From contig NW_002060980.1 in NCBI RefSeq assembly GCF_000150275.1, forward strand, positions 130,467 to 194,466: a stretch of 64,000 bases of DNA, given 5' to 3'. The stretch comes from Trichoplax adhaerens. Its lineage: Eukaryota; Animalia; Placozoa. A program made the translations under genes and the position numbers. A model generated the notes under the pieces. It worked only from the letters and a program-made list of their open reading frames with translations. It had not been told where the DNA came from and did no database searches. Below are positions 12,501-26,545 of this stretch, in pieces. Position 1 is the stretch's first letter. Each line of letters begins with the position of its first letter.

Positions 12501-15500
12501 TAACCCAATAGATGTAGTAATGCTGACTTGGTTATTATTTCTAGTATGGTGCTATTTGATTGCATAGGAACCCATCCTACTCTAATAAAAGCAACTGTTC
12601 AATGCTTCATGCTTGAAGCTATGATGAAAATGATCAATCTGGTATGTTAAAGGCAATTTATCATACATTACTGATATTTACTGCGTAAAGTGCAAGTATA
12701 GTACATGTAATGCATACGTTAATCAAATGATCTTGCATCAACTAGTGAAAAATCATTCATCATTAACTTTTTGATTTCAGAATTTTTATTCTTACCTCTC
12801 AGTTCATGCTCTTATAACAATTGATTGTATTGCACTATTCAAACTAGCCTATTTTTAATATTTGTTTACTAATTTTATTTTATAATCAATGTGTTTATCT
12901 CTATTTCAAATTCCTTATTTGTTTGCAGCAAAATACATCGTTACTAGATATAGCTAATTGCCTTGTGGTGTTTCGTAAAGAGGAATGCTTTGTTAGAGGA
13001 AGATCTTTATGGCTTAAAGTAATTTCGAGATTAGCAAGTTACAATTCAGCATTGATAACAGATATTTAGTTCACTGTATAATAACTTATTATAAGTAAGC
13101 TAACTTTCATTTTTATAAGGTTTGCAATTGGTTAAATGTAGCCTCACCCGATACTTCTTGCCTTCCGAATTGCGTATTAAAAGTGCTCATAAACAAAAGT
13201 GTAATGGTGGAGTTTTTAAGAACTTCTGTCGCTGATGTTATGGATAATCAAAACCCGGATATAAGTCCGCCCTCTAATAATCTTCGGATTATTAGTATAC
13301 CTGCCTTAGCTAGACTCCTAGTTTTAATAGGTGACTGCTATACTTCAGAATCAGAGAGTCAATTAAAAGAAGAAAGGAAAGATAAACTACCCACGTTACC
13401 CTGGCAAATTATTCTGGAACCTGCGATTTCAATAATTAACAGTTTAAAAAATAGCACCTACATATCGCAGGAAAAAACACAAAATGCTATGATGCTAATA
13501 TTTGCTATTTTATTGGAACTAAATCGTAAGTAATTCCATGCATAGGTTTTAAACTATCATTAGCCTTGACTTGAAATATGATTTTTTACGTTTACAGTCG
13601 ACGATGCTATTATCCAACAGCCACCGTATTGCATTGTGAATAAACAACTTCAATTAGTTTTTGCCCCTTTAATATCTATTCTGCTACAGTATGCTCGTTT
13701 ACAATTACCTAATTCTGATGCTCAGGTATGTACCCTCATATTGCTGATATAACACATAAATTTCCTTACAGTATTAAGTTTGCAAGAAATATACGAATAT
13801 ATATATTTATTGTACGTATACTGCTCAGATACTTGTATTATTGATAACTTTATTAATTAATAATGTAATCCCGCTGTACTTTCGTATGCTCAGAGATTTT
13901 CATTAGTATAAAGCATTAAATTCGAAACGCAAAGTGTAAAGATAGAAGACTACTAATACACTATTTTATTAGCTTTTATACTTTAGATATTTTATTTTGC
14001 AGATTGCTGCCAGATTTAAAAGTAGTCGACTTTGTCTTAATGTCCTGGAAGAGTTAATGAAGCTTTTGTGGAAAGAAGACATCGCTAATGATGTCTTAGC
14101 TGATAGTGCAAATGCTATATTCGCTCTGACAGCATCATGTTTTAAGTCGCTTTCAAACACAGAAGCTATTGAGGTATTATGTTTTGAAAACTCTGTTGAC
14201 ATTATAATTACAGTAATTCTTTATTTCTACGTAATTTATTTACTATTGTAGCAACACCATTATTGTTCACTTATTTGTGCCTGTATTTTTTTAAGCAAGG
14301 GCCATTAGACAACATCAATTCAGTTATGACAGCTGCATGGACTAGTAAAATCTTAACAGCAGGCTCTACATTAGATTTCGCAAAAACTCCCCATTATCTG
14401 CAAATTATTACCTACATTAAAGAATACATTCCGAAGGTAATCGTTATAAGTGATTATCGCAAGAATTATGTTGATGTACATTCCCAGGCAGAAAAATCAT
14501 TCAAAGGCTTAGTAACGGCTGAATATATAAGATGTCAATGGCAGTGTATAGCATTCTTGATTAGCTTGGCCAATAATAAATCCAATAGTGATAGCACATC
14601 AGCGTCGACGATGTCGCTTATAGAAATATGTTGTAAATCTCCAGTGGGACTACTAAATGATGCTATTGATTCCTTGGATGTTGCTCCTATTAACACTGCT
14701 GATTCTATATTACAGTGTATCCAGCTATTGTTGCCAATGGTATATGATGACACTTTCATTTTTTGAATTAGCTTTATTATTATAGCATTTGCAATGAACA
14801 GAATTTTAACGCTTGATGGATATTTACTTCTCATAAATAATTTTTTTATGTACTAACGACAGGCTTTCAATGAAGATGAATCAGTCTGTCTACATGCAAT
14901 TGACTGTCTATGGCAGCATGTCAATTACTGCAAGCAAAGTCATGATAACTTTTGGCCTGTATTGGCCTCATTTATTGCAACGATATTACAATCATACTTT
15001 ATCCAGTGTATTAATTTAGATTCTATTCACGTGATGATTACGAAATATATCACGAAATTATTAGAAATGAGCAAGTCTCAACAAGGTGTATCGAACTATT
15101 TAGTTAGCCAGTTTAATTTGGTATGGACGGAGTTATTGTTGCAGCCAAATCAATTAAGTTCGTTACATAAAAATGCAGAAAATTTTGTCAAAACGGTTTT
15201 ATTGTGGGCTTGTACTCATGGAAATAGCTATAGGAAAGATATTATGTACGTTGATTAATGCTTTTAGTAAGTGATTTTAATCGTTATCTGTTAATATAAC
15301 TAAGTAATACTAATCTGATAGGCATCTGCAAGACTCGATATCATTCATAAGGAGCTTAGGACAAACATTTCCCGTTAATCAGTTATTTGCCGTGTGAGAT
15401 GTCTATTTATCGCATTATCATAGAAATAGAAGATTTGATATACTGTAGAATTCAATCGATTTATATTTTAATGCTTTACCATCACAATGTGTAACGTAGG

Positions 15501-18192
15501 GGTATGGTAATATATTCTTTATTATATTAGAACAAAGGATCGATGTGACTATCTCGTAAGGGTCCAAGCAATTAATATGTTGTGCCAGCTATCAGTTAAT
15601 AATGAAGGACACAGAAAATTTATTCAACAATATATGCTGCATTTACTTGAAATGGTATACTGTGTAGTATTTTATATCTTTGGTGGAGTTTTACCGAACG
15701 TCGATGAATAATTATAAAGCCGATGTTAAAATAAACACTTTTAATTTTAGGATCAGAAAATGCACAACTCCAAGAAAAGATCATTTATTAATTCTCATGT
15801 ACATTTCACAAGGTATCGGATATGGCAAACTGTTATGGTATTGGTCCCTTTTATTGATGAGGTACTATAATTATGTGATTAAGGAGTGATCAGCTTGCTT
15901 GTGATTAATATACATGGTTTATAATAAAATTTTTATATTAGAGCTATGCGGAAGTATTTCTCTGCAAGTCATTGAAACTACTACACGGTCAAATTCAACC
16001 TTCAGTCCGACGTATGATTGAGTGGTCGGCGATTTTATTATTGCGTAATAGAAGTTTACATCATTTATTACAGGACTATTACTCTACGGTATAGCAATAG
16101 TGACGATTATGTAACAAATTAACGCTAGATACCAAAATTTACTTAATACTGAGCTCTAAAACAAACTCAATCTTAAACTTAAATTAGGCAAATACTGTAA
16201 GCAGCTTATGCTCATACCTTGGGATGATATTTCATGTCAGTGTTGCCGCATCTGAAGAACATCAGGTAAGTTATGTATTTAAGTATGATGTAGTTTCCAC
16301 CTTCAATGTTGTATTACATCACGAATATAACTAAGTAAATTTACTAGCATATAAAACGTTTGCGCGTACAAGTTTAATCATTCGTAATCAACCTAGCTGT
16401 TATTGTATCCTATTTGAACAATCATTAAGGCATCTATCATCGAGAAAGCTTTACCACTGATTCTACCACTTGCTCTAGCGAATAATTTCGGAATTCGTTG
16501 TTTTGCACAAGCAGTTTTACAGAGAATCTGGCAAATTTGCTTGCAAAACAATTTAACGTTGATTCTAGAGCGCTTTTCCATGATCAAACTCTTATTTGCA
16601 GATAAAGAAAATAATTTAGGGTATATTGGTCAATAAATTAAATTGTATCCTATTATTTATATTTAAAGTTAGAAGTTAAAAATTTTAAATACTTCTATAA
16701 TCTATAATGTGAAAGATATTCGTTTTACAACGTCATTTATGCGTAATTTTTCAGAGATTCTACTAAACAGCGTCAGAAAATCTTAGAAAATTTCTACTTT
16801 TCAACTTTCAATCCAATTGAACATTATAGCATTCAGGTATGAATAAATTTTATTTATATACATTCCCTTATTTTTGTACACAATGTTATACGATTCTACA
16901 TTAGTATTGACTTGGAATTACAGACAATCTTTCAAACGCTTCCTCGGCTAACTTTGGTTTGCGATGACGAATGGATATCTCCAGAATCGTTTATGCAAGT
17001 TGATCCATCATTATGGAGTGGAGAACGACAAATAGCGATTTTTAATAGAGATTCTTCCCTTGAAGTTTGTCAACCAGGCAACTTTAAGACTAAAAACGCT
17101 GTGTCTAACGATTCCAAGATGACTAATGTATCAGATCTATCAGCAAATGTACAACAGAAAATCACTCCGTGGAAAATATTTCCTACGGACGATGAAAGTT
17201 TACTTTCGAAACAACTTACTTTAAGCAACGGTAAAAGCCGAGAAGACGGTTTAATCGTAGTAGCCAGTTTAATAGATAAAGCTGCCAACCTAGGAGGTAA
17301 GCTATGATGTGCTAATCTATACTATTTGAATTAAATAGATAACAGGATTATACTCTTCTAGTCAGAGACAATCGTAATTTCTATAGTTTTACTTTTAGTT
17401 TATCGGTAACTAGATTAGATAACTTAGATGTATTTATGACATAAATCAATATTATCTAATAATATCTAAATCTTTTATCTTATAAAAATCAGGATTATGC
17501 AGGACTTGTGAAATATTAGGAGTATCTCGGCTTGTAATAAGTAATAAAAATTTTATAGAAAATCGAGAATTTCAAAGTCTAAGTGTAACAGCTCATAAAT
17601 GGATACCAATAGACGAGGTAGTGCGATATTTTGAAAGTACAGTAATGCCTTAACGCGATTTTAAAAATTTTAACAGTATCAGCACCGTGTGAGATTCGTA
17701 CTAATTACATATGTGCAATTTACTAATATACTAATACATAATTTTTAATTTGTGAAGGTACGGGTGGAAGAATTAGAAGAATACTTAATAAGTATGAAAC
17801 AGTTAGGCTACTCCGTTGTCGGGGTAGAACAAACTGCCAATAGCGCTGATTTAACGAAATATGACTTTGCTAAAAGATCGATATTATTATTAGGGTAAGT
17901 AGAACAAAATAAGTTATCATTTTCATCATTCCATGATTTTTTGGGCGATCTATTACAAAATAACTACAGAATAAGTACTATACATCGATTGCAATTGATT
18001 TGGATAATTTCATTTGTTAAAAGTAACGAAAGAGAGGGTATACCGGTTCCGTTATTAAAAATGGTGGATGAATGCGTAGCAATACCTCAATTAGGAACGA
18101 TACGATCATTTAATGTACACGTTACCGGAGCAGTTCTAATTTGGGAGTATAGCAAACAACATCATTTTTCTAACTCCTTCGAGATAAAATAA
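9506..18192 (+). CDS. TARBP1: tRNA (guanosine-18 2'-O)-methyltransferase TARBP1/Trm3, multi-exon
   Basis: Exon 1 ATG 9506-10475; spliced [15 protein letters not shown]|IHIIKPVL; C-terminal SpoU/SPOUT domain over four exons: [16 protein letters not shown]|[18 protein letters not shown]|..[15 protein letters not shown]|[30 protein letters not shown], stop 18190-18192. Not every internal exon boundary was resolved. Confidence 0.93.
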
Positions 18193-18619
18193 GTCAGTAA
18201 CGATGCTATTGATAGATATGCCTGTATATTGATTATGCTATAAATAAATAATATCAGGTGCTGCTTTTGTTATACATATGTTGTTCTTGATTGACATCGT
18301 AATGTGTTTAAAATGTATGATCCTGTATTATTGCCTTGTAGTAAGATCATTCGCCAGATAAAGATCAATCTTTATCTCCGATGTACTTACTGTACGTATA
18401 TATCTTATACTGTACAACTGTACATGCTATATACTTGTCACAAAATTAACTTGCGAACTACTACCCTAAACTAATAGATTACTTATTCCTATCTCCGCTA
18501 CACCTGGAGATCTATCGTGTGATAGACTGATAGTCCTATACTACTTACGGTCACACAGGGATAAGACTGTTCTAAGAGTCTAGTATACTTTTTTTAGTAG
18601 AGTAGCCGAAACGCTTTCT

Positions 18620-18900
18620 AATCACGAACGAACAGAGGAGCTGAGCATTCACTCCTCGTTTTATACTCTACCACCAAACTTGTGGTGCACACATAGTAAT
18701 TTAGCAACATAACATTTACAGGGTTCGTATAGGGAACAACCCTCAATAAACTATATAGTTTACTGTAGATACAACTAGTAAACAACTTTAATTGGCTATA
18801 ACTAATAAATAGCCAATTAAACGAACGAGGGAGGCCAAGCATGCTACTCGCACGTTTCTCGCACTTCGCGGCGGGTGCTAAGGCGACGCCAATATCAGTA
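18620..18900. repeat. GC-enriched, hairpin-containing island; possible non-autonomous transposon remnant
   Basis: 13-bp perfect inverted repeat TTTAATTGGCTAT (18787-18799) / ATAGCCAATTAAA (18809-18821) next to a CpG-rich tract. Confidence 0.3.
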
Positions 18901-19959
18901 TCTATAAAGATTATACTAATTAATTTCAGAACATGCTTACAGTACATCTTTGTAGTCTAACAAAACTATACACGATTAATATTCATAATTACTGTTTACC
19001 GCGTACAGTATAGCTAGCTACATAACTGAAATCTACCTAATTAGCATGTACGGTGATTTGCTTCGCAACAATACTGTACAGTGTACATGGGACTGATTCA
19101 TCTACCTGTAGGAATTTAAAAATATGTTTAATTAAAACAAATGAAATATTCGTATGCACCATTTTACTAAGTTAAATGTGTGGCTAAACTGCCGTTAGTT
19201 CTTGCTTGTTGGTCCAAATCTGATCTATCATAAATTAATGTACAGCTCGGTCAACGAATCTAATCTAATTTCAAAGAAGCAGCAGAACACTAATCAACTA
19301 TGTATTTCTTTTTTGTAATTATAATAAGGTACTATTTCCAGCCCTACTATGAAATAGTAACTCAATAATTCGTCTCACAATGTAACGGTTAAAAGGAGTT
19401 TATTACTTCAAATTATTGCTGAATACTACAGTACTAAACTTGTTAGACTACCTAACTACACTCAGCTAGCTCTTAGGCTACAGACTGAACTCCCCCCTAA
19501 GCCGACTACCGAGGCACCATGCATTCTCACCTAAGGCTACGCCTATCGTCTCTAAAACTATCCATTAACAGAATACGACTATCTTTACGCCTAATTGTAA
19601 TCTTTGGCACCACTAGTCTACTCAGGTCTAGCGCCGTTATCTAACTTATGATTACCAGTGGTCTCACTATAGAATCTATTTTCCTAAAGTAATCATATGA
19701 ACGAAATTATCAAAATCGAGTTACAACACCCTAGAACATTCCGTAAATGAAACCATACCGCATTCTAGCGTTAGCTTTCTAGAAGCGTGATTTTGTAGCA
19801 ACATGTTAACTATATTGAGGAAGGATCCATAAATCAAAGATACCTAATTATCCTTCAGCTCTTCTAGTTAACAAATTTGAATTATCAATTAACTCATCCA
19901 AATAATTTCGTGTATTCGGTAGTAATTCATTAGATTTAGAATTTATACATGAATGGAAA

Positions 19960-20370
19960 TGATGAATCGATGATTTCAGAATAGAAAAAGCATCAGATAT
20001 TTTATTCAACTGGTGTCAATAGAAACCTTAGGGGGAGTGTGCTTAAAATTAAGCTTTAATAGAGATATCTTGATTCGAGGATTTCAGAAAAGAAAAGTAT
20101 TTGATCATTTATTCAATCAGTGTCAATAGAAACCTATAGGAGTAGGCTTGATATTAAGCTTTCATAGAGATATCTTGGATCGAGAATTTCAGAATAGAAA
20201 CGTATTAACAGTACATCATTTATTCAAGCGGTGTCAATAGAAATCTGAAGGAGTAAGCTTGAAATTAAGCCTTCATGGAGATATCTTGAATCGAGAATTT
20301 CAGAATAGGAAAGTATTAAATCATTCATTCAACCAGTGTTATCGGTAAGCTAATGGAGTAGGCTTGAATT
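19960..20370. repeat. ~105-110-bp tandem repeat, about 3.7 copies
   Basis: atttcagaa..attcaa..gtgtcaatagaaa..ggagt..gcttga..ttaagc..gagatatcttg units start at 19973, 20081, 20186, 20297. Confidence 0.88.
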
Positions 20371-21082
20371 TGCGAACAATTAATTGACGTCAAGAAATAC
20401 GAGTGGACAAGCATTTACATCTTCTGAAATGCTGATTAATATCAATCGTAATTACTAATTGGGATAAACTATTTATAATGGAATGCTCATGAGAAGAATA
20501 GGACCTGGACTCTATTCATTGGACTCTATTCATGATCGAACAATTAATTCGGGGCGCCCGAGATTTATTTGTTACTTTTTGTGTTATAGTAGCTAACCTA
20601 CAACGAATAGCAAGCTATGGACTGACTACTGTGTAACGTACACCAATAGGACACTGGCAGAAGATTAAAAACTCTTCACTATCGTTTCAGCCCTATAAAT
20701 ATGCTCTTAGTATGAGAAGAATTTTACTTGTGGCGAAGTGAATTCCTGTTGGCTATGATCGTTACTACCTGTAGGTAGCTACCATAAATAGTATTGGAAA
20801 GCATCATCATCAAATACTCGAAACTATTTGACTTATAGTTTTATCGTTTGGACTCTTAAGCTTCAGTTACCGGTACTGTTACATCGCCGTCTCATTCTAT
20901 TAAAACTTTTCAAAAATATCTCTATACTTTAAGGACGTACACTTAGCTTCGTAGTCTATCATTTTGTACACATTTAATGTCGACATTTCAACACCGTAGT
21001 TAAGAAAATATTAATCTAGTTTGGTAGCCGATATTCTTCTAAGGTAACATTCAATCTGTATTTACAGTTTACAAATAACAAA

Positions 21083-24000
21083 ATGGATATCAAGAAACCA
21101 AGATTTACTATTGGCATTAAATTACTCCTTTTAATTTTAATGGTTACCCATATCGCTGATATGAAAGTCACTACTTCTACGGAGAGTTATCATTATCCTA
21201 ACCCTACGAATGAACAACTAATGCAATCGTTAGAAGGATTTGTTCAATACTTTGAAAACAACTATAAATCTTTCATATTTGGTGCTTATTATGGGCTAGT
21301 TCGATGTGGAGGTGTTATTTTTAAAAATTTAGATTAACAGTTAAACAAAAGTTGCGCGTTATGTTATTGTAGGAAGGAAGTTCAGTGTTTTAATTTTAAG
21401 AGTTACAACAGCCGTAAGTTTACTCAGGGACTTCTATGAGAAGTCTCTGATTTACTCTTTTCTAGCAGTCTTTAATACGTATTATGGACAACATTATCGT
21501 CATTTACGTATCGAGATGAACATAGAAGTGAATATTTTTATCGCTAAATATCGAAAGAACTCAATACAGTAACGGCATGGAGCTAGTCAATATATGATTA
21601 TACTTTAGTTACTACATCAAGTTTTTACTATTGCGTGTGAAACATATCAACTATTCTGTATGAACGATTACAATCATTGTAGAGTGGTACTATTCCCTAT
21701 GGAGTTTTAAATCTATAGAAGATGTTGCGAATGTACGCGTATGTGTTAGGTTATAATAAAGAAGAAAGAGCTGGAAAAGTAGTTGTTCACTTTCAGCTTT
21801 CCTGTACGATTTCTACAGTTAGTTAGTTACCGTAGATAGATTTTAATCATCACCAGTTTACTTTTAACTTAATCAGTGAAATAGCATGTAATACAGTATA
21901 TAAGGTGCTGACCTAGGTATTTCTAATGAACTCCGTAACTACTGTACTGTACTGTATACAGATATATTACACAAACTGTTAGCAACTGAATTCACGCACA
22001 GATTAATCAATAGCAAATGCCTTATTACTAAATCAGTAAAACGTTTTATAATTCGTAACCATTCTGCCTTGACCATTTCTTATTGCCTTAATTAACCGCA
22101 GCATATACGTATATACGAGTATCTTTATGTTTATAAAGTCACCAGTCTGTATCGTGCTTTGATGATTGTAGAAGTAGTCTTTTAGTAACAATCTATAGAC
22201 AGAAATCGATTCCAAAACAATAAAATAAACTTCAGAAGACAACAGTAACTAACGTATTGAAATGAAATTTACGTTACGAAAGTTGGAAATAAGAAAAATG
22301 AATTAAGTCAATCAGGCCGATATTAGATTGAAGTATTATGTCTGTTTAGCCTTAAAAAAATAAAGCATTTGATTAAGTAAACCATATTTAGATCATTCTG
22401 TTTTCGGGTGATTATACTTTATTATCTTTCATTCATATTTTATTTCTTCTACTATATTAGTCGATCTTGCACACCTATTATTAATGATTGACTTACGGGC
22501 GATTTTATTCAATTTTATTTTTATTTTTCAAGAATACGTAAAAGCAACTCTTGACGACTACTATCGCGGATTATCTATTCTAAATGTTCAACAACTTAAT
22601 CGTATAAAACAAATCCATAAAAGAATTATTGATGTATCGAAGAAAATTCAACCAATTTTGGCTAAGAACTCACAGTCCTATCGCCAGCTTCATAAATTGA
22701 CACAAACTCCAATTACAGTGCCAGAAGGACTCGTTAGTCTAAATTTTACAGAACTTCATCATGTTGTACTCCACGACGGCTCGCCCGAATCTAAAAATTG
22801 GGAGAACATTTCGGATTCATATTTGCATATGATTTCAGGTTCAGGAAATTATCAAGTGTGCACAATTACAAGTAAGCTGATAATTATTATTAAATATTAA
22901 TTACGTCATTTCTTCTTCTTCTATTTTCCGTCAGTCTAAATATAAAATATCAATATCAATTAGTTTCATCAACCTTAAATTATATGTAAACTCAATTTGA
23001 CTTCTCTTTATTAACGAAGATACCAGTTGGGCAGACATAACCAATTATCATACTGACGGCTATATCATTACCCATCAAATGTTAAATATTCTCACTGGTC
23101 AGCAATTTAACTGCACTGAGAAAATGGATAAGCTAGCTAAAGACTTAGGAGGAATCAAAAAAGTGACAGAAGTACTATGCACTCAAATTTATAATGAGAT
23201 GCAGCAAGAATTAAAGAAAAGCTTAACATTTGTCCCGCTACAAGATTTATTTTTAGAGCAAATGTATACGTGCGGAGCTTGGGGCGGTTACCGAGAATTT
23301 CTGAACATGGAATATTTATCTATGTTTTTAAATTGGCAAACTACAGCAGGATGTATTGCAGCCTATTATGGTCCATTCGTTAGTTTACATCCCAATATGA
23401 CTAAAGAGTATGTTATTGCCTTGAAATAACTAACAGCATCATCATTTGCGATAGATTATATTAATTTCGCATACCAGTATCCATACTTAATGCAGACTTT
23501 ATTTCATATAAATTAATGTTCGATAACTATTAAACGTCGACAATGAATCATTTGTTATTCGTATTTTCTATAGCTATACTGAAGATGATAGCCGGTATTT
23601 ATTTGCGTCTGATCAGCTACTAATAGACAAGACTATAACAGGTAGAAATTAACTTCTAATCAATTGTAATATTTTAATTCAGATGTACAATCACTGTAAG
23701 ATCACATGCATATTCGTTTAGATTAGAGTGATTAGCTTAAAAAGTAAATGCAATTTCATGATATTTTAGATTTTTTTCCCTTAGATCAATTTAACTATTA
23801 ACTTTAAAAGTAGAATCTTTGATAAATATACCATCATGATAGTGATATATTATTGGATACCTTGTAAACCTATCAAGTTCATAGAATAGGTTGCTTATCC
23901 TAGCTAACTTTATATCGTGTTGTAACATGAGAAGCAATTGATAGCTCATTTTATTATTTTAATCTTGAATGAAAGTGCCTAAAATGAAATTTATTGATTA

Positions 24001-24316
24001 ATGTTGCAGTAATTGTGTTAATTTACCTTCAAAAATTATAGGTGATTGCGATCAACATACTACGGCTATAGGAATGAGTCTAGTAGCCGCATTCTTACAT
24101 TTAGGTTCTCTTAAAAATCAACCGTTATACTTACACACACCGAAGACTTCGGCGATTCCAGCTCATAACAGGACGTATCTAACATTTATTATACTTGGTG
24201 TTACTATTGGTATAATAGTTATCATTGTAATGCTTATGGTATTTTTAAAGGTGTACTCCCGTTATTCCCTTCGTAATAAAGAGTACGCTTATCAAAAAGT
24301 GAAGAATAAAGAATAA
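21083..24316 (+). CDS. C16orf89/UPF0764 (DUF4735)-like type I membrane protein, copy 1 (~432 aa)
   Basis: Exons 21083-21311, 22533-22871, 23020-23407, 23574-23641, 24042-24316 splice in frame (1299 nt); signal peptide, YIITHQ, QDLFLEQ..CG, WQTTAGC, GDCDQH, TM helix, YQKV tail. Confidence 0.88.
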
Positions 24317-26545
24317 ATATTTCATGTAAAGAAATAAAGAGCTAGATACAATGTACGGTACTAGTCTTCTATATCAAAATTATGCCTACTACTGTCTTGA
24401 TAAATTGATTGTAATATCTTTTTTTTAACGAAAAGTAACACATGCACAAGAAATAACTTGTTCGGTCGAATTTCGTCTTCTATAATTTCCAATTTAATAA
24501 CCATCTGTATAATAAACTGACGAGACGAAGTAAATTTATAGTTTTATAATTATTAGACCTAAATACGCATAAACTCGGTAATAACGTGCTTTCTAAATAT
24601 CGTAATTAATTTAGGTAGTATCTCGATAAACAAAGCGAATTTTATATTAGTGCATATAAAATGTTACAATAGCAATTAACTTAATCATCTCTCTTTTAAT
24701 TTATTATATGAATTGCTGATGTGTCATTCGAATATTGTATTTTCAATTGTGTTCTTAAGTTATATCTTTTATTAATATGTAGTTATAGTGCTTCGTTTGT
24801 AACGATAAATTTCATCAAAATCGCGTTAGAAGTAAATTTCACATGATTTATATACACGAATGTGAGGTATTTGCCTCTGGGTTCCCTGGTTGGCATATAC
24901 TTCAAGCAAATATTTGAGTATTATTTAATCATGTATTATTTTTCAATAAAATTTATGCACTACTGATGTTTACTAAGTAGGAATTCAATTCAACTGAAAA
25001 GGAAAAGCAAGCAATCTAATATTGAGACTCTAGCTATATAGAGAACTATCTACGCATAAAACAAGTTATTATCGTTATCTAAATTTAGATTTTATAGCAG
25101 CAATAAATAATTAAAAGCTTCTCTTACATTATCGTGCATCTCCAAAGTCTCTTATCTAAATTAATATTTCGGGTCTCAATATCGAATATGTAATTACACC
25201 CATAATATCAAAGCATACTAATAACAGCTTCTACTCTAAAATTAATATTAATAACCAACGCCACCAAGTACATAGGGACTGTTTTAGTCATTGATTTCTT
25301 ATGGTTAATAATAATCTAGTAACTTTAATATTTTGTAAAATCAGAATTAAACAAAATTATGTACATTGAGGGCATCTCGAATGAAAACTTTAGAGTAAGA
25401 ATAATTCCACTAGTATCAAAGTACCTCATCTACAGTAGTCTTGGAGTCAATGGTACCTATATAACCAACATTAAAATATAATGTACGAATGCAGTAATAT
25501 TGCACGATACTATTTTACACAGCAATATCAAGTGTAACATGGCATAGTACGGTGTCTTCGGCTAAATGCAGCTCGTTAGCAAAAATCAAATCTGTACTAT
25601 CATGTTATCTAGTAGCTACTGTACGAAATCATTGCTGGGCAAGATAAATAAGATTGCCCTTAACATGAAGGATGATTAATAAGACGAATGAGATGATAAA
25701 AGTATGCATTATCAGAAGCGCCATAGTTTGAGTCTGAAGAGGTTATAAGTTACTATGTTATAGTTGAGTGTACAGGAGTTGACTAGTATATCGAAAAAAT
25801 AATTATGATCCATTAATATCTAATGAATATGCTAATGTAAATCGATCATTTAAGCTATTATATACAGGATTATCATAGAAACAATAAAAGCCTTAGTAAT
25901 GTCGGAAATGGAACAATGAAATACTTGTCTATAAGAATAATTAAAATTTGGACTATATTCATCATTGAGTAGGGTAATTAAACTAAAGGCCCCCTCGGGC
26001 TAATTCGTCATAAATCACGTCATTGTAGAAAAATCTCACTGTGGTACGAAGAGATGAAGTGATTGTTAAAAAATATTCATTAAATAATACTATCTTATTC
26101 TTGTCTACTTCAATAGTTAGATGTAAGGCTCTCCATTGGTATCTAGAAATAGCCCTTTTAGTGTAACAGCAGTTTTGTATACGGCGAACTTCGATTAATA
26201 CTAATCGGCGCTACCTGTAGATAGTCTTTCCTATTAGTCTATTTTAACCTTTTACTATCCTCGTATTACCAGTAAAGTGCTCTAAATCAATTAAAATATA
26301 CATTCTTTCATATAGCAGTATTAGTTTGTAGTTCGATAGTTTATAGATGTGAAAGTTAAGTCGCAGTCACTAAAATTATCCTACTAGTCTCTCATTTAGG
26401 TAAACCATAACTATAGCTTATCGTGTAATCATCTTCTATACGTTCAAGTTTGATATACAACGTAATATTAAAGAAACATATTGATATAATTCACTAAGTG
26501 CTATTCATAGGAGATAATTTAATTCTGTGTGACACAAAAAATAAA

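Noticed and set aside
24517-24535. CTGACGAG as a hammerhead ribozyme core
   Set aside because: No stem II followed by GAAA and no matching stems
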